NCBI GenBank assembly: GCA_050230475.1
Contig: JBFLGF010000136.1
Span: 1-64,000 of the forward strand
Length of the DNA stretch: 64,000 bases
Reading direction: 5' to 3'
Origin: Ancylonema sp.
Taxonomy: Eukaryota
The notes below the pieces were generated by a model, which was not told where the DNA came from, made no database searches, and was given only the letters and a program-made list of their open reading frames with translations. The translations under genes and the position numbers were made by a program. The first letter of the stretch is position 1; each line of letters starts with the position of its first letter. Shown here piece after piece: positions 62,008-64,000 of this stretch.

Positions 62008-64000
62008 ATGGCCGTGAGTTTTTTTCAGCTCGCTTCTCGCAAATGTGGAGTCTTTTTTTCATTTTGGTCACTTATTTCTATTTTTTATTTTTTTGTGACT
62101 GAAATCACCCGCACCGCTGAGGGATTGCAGGACATACGGAAATTCTTTACGCCCAAAGCGGCGAAATCTGGTACTCCGGTACTGGCCTCGCAGCCCCCTT
62201 CATTGAAAGCAACCCCGAGTGCCAAGGTCGCGGCTCCTATTCTGAAGAAACATACAGAATCTCCAGCGAAATCCAAGAAGCCGACCCCGGTTGTGCCAGT
62301 AAAGCGACCGCAAGCACGGTCGGGCCGCAAGAACGGTCGAGCCAAGGCGGAGGACGAGGATTACGAGGTTGGAGACGAGGCCGATGAGGAGGAGGAGTGG
62401 GGCGGCAAAGACGGGGAGGCTGAGGAGGAGGAGGAGGAGAACTCCGAGGAGGACGAGCCTGCTGCTAAGAAAGTTCGGCAGACCGGGGGCGGACGCGGAC
62501 GGGGGAAAGGCAAGGGGAACGTGATGACTGTCACCGCCAACGTACCCGCACCCGCTGCCAAGGCGCCCGCCACGGCCGGCAAGGGGAAAGGGCGAGGGCG
62601 GGGGGGCGGGGGCGGAGGGGGCTGGGGCGGTTTCATGCAAGAGCGGGCCGCGCCTCCGCACAAGGGCGAGAAGGAGGTGCCACGTGGCCCCGAGGACGCC
62701 CTCCAAGGCCTCACCATCGTCATCAGCGGCGCGCTCGACAGCCTCGAGAGGGAGGAGGCGGAGGAGTTGATCAAGACGCACGGGGGACGGGTAACCGGAT
62801 CCATCAGCAAAAAAACATCCTACCTGCTGGCAGACGAAGACGTGGGGGGGTCCAAGTCACGCAAAGCCAAAGAGATCGGTGTGCCTTTCCTCACAGAAGA
62901 CGGGCTCTTCGCCCTCATCAACGAAAAGGCAGCCGCCCATCTGACATGGAAGCCCCCGCCCCCCACCCCCCAACCCGCACCCGCCCCTGCCCCCAAACGG
63001 AAAGCAGAATCCAGCCCTGCAGGGGAGCCGTCCTCATCCAAACAGAAAGTGGGGGCAGATGGCGCCCCCGCCCCTGCCAGTGAGGTCTGGGCTGCGAAAT
63101 ACGCCCCTCGCTCCCTGGACGAAGTGGTTGCCAACCCCTCCCTCTTAAACCAGATGCGTTCCTGGCTAAAGCAATGGGAAAACGGTGTGCCCTCCAAGAA
63201 AGCCCTCCTCCTCAGCGGCCCCCCCGGCATCGGCAAGACCACCAGTGCACGCCTGTCCTGTCGCGAGGCCGGGCTTCAGGCGCTGGAGGTGAACGCCAGC
63301 GACACGCGTGGCAAGGCCAGCTCCAAGGTTGGGGAGGGGTTGGGTGGCAAGCTGGCGAACGTGGTGAAGGAGATGGTGACCAACTCCGCCCTGAGGAAAG
63401 AGAGGGGCCGCCCCTGTCTCATCATGGACGAAGTGGACGGTATGTCGGGGGGGGACCGTGGAGGGGTGACGGACCTCATTGCCTCCATCAAGGCCTCCAC
63501 CATCCCGATCATCGCCATCTGTAACGACCGCTACGACCGCAAGCTTCAGTCGTTGGTGAACCACTGCTTGGCGCTCAACTTCAGGAAACCAACGAAGCAA
63601 CAGGTGGGGGACAAGGGGGGAACTAATGACTAGGGTTATTAGGGTTAATGGGGTGACTAGGGTTATAAAGGTGACTAGGTTTATTAAGGTGACTAGGGTT
63701 ATTAGGGTTTCTAGGGTTATTATTGACGTCTTGGGGGGGGATGTGCAGATGGCAAAGCGGCTACGCCAGGTGGCATCAGAGGAGGGGCTGGAGGTGGCAG
63801 ATGTAAGGATGGGGGCTAGGGGCTGGCGGCTCAGGGATAAAGGTTGGCGTTTGGGGTCTTACACCCTCTCATCCTCTTCCCCCCCCCCCCCCCCTGTCAG
63901 AGTGGTCTTGAGGAGTTAGGGGAGCGCGTGAACGGCGACATGCGCATGGCCATGAACCAACTCGAGTACATGGCCATCAGATCGCGCCACCTGTCCGTCG
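62008..64000 (+). CDS. RFC1: Replication factor C subunit 1 (BRCT plus AAA+), 3'-truncated. Exons 62008-62013, 62131-63603, 63749-63802, 63901 onward
   Basis: MA|DIRKFF; BRCT LQGLTIVISGALDSLEREEA..GSISKKTSYL; WAAKYAP; GPPGIGKTT; EVNASD; IMDEVDGMSGGDRGG; NGDMRMAMNQL. Confidence 0.95.
63625..63725 (+). repeat. Intronic minisatellite of TAGGGTT-containing 9/18-bp units
   Basis: Repeated GTGACTAGGGTTATTAGG-like units in an RFC1 intron. Confidence 0.7.

Overview
Eukaryotic nuclear DNA from a green plant, probably a streptophyte alga or non-seed plant (inferred from plant-type genes with short GT-AG introns). A thioredoxin-like gene (387-2503, minus) is followed by a ~50 kb island of nested, mostly degenerate transposable elements (2655-52300): Ty1/Copia and Ty3/Gypsy LTR retrotransposons, solo LTRs, and hAT-, Harbinger-, mariner- and P-like MITEs. 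A compact gene block follows: 2OG-Fe(II) dioxygenase, UBL-SAYSvFN protein, USP-domain protein, Met-tRNA formyltransferase and RFC1 (truncated by the window). The main finding is a Gypsy pol with a DNMT3-like C5 cytosine methyltransferase between protease and RT (6150-10020, minus). Its RNaseH-integrase-PHD half appears to lie at 19230-21330 on the opposite strand. Re-inverting ~6150-19230 restores both this pol (PR-DNMT-RT-RH-IN-PHD) and a broken Copia RT, giving a retroelement with both a DNA-methylation writer and a putative histone reader. Single N characters (12940, 19032, 22140, 23609, 29938) and indel-rich stretches mean some joins may be assembly artefacts. All calls were made by eye; no searches were run.
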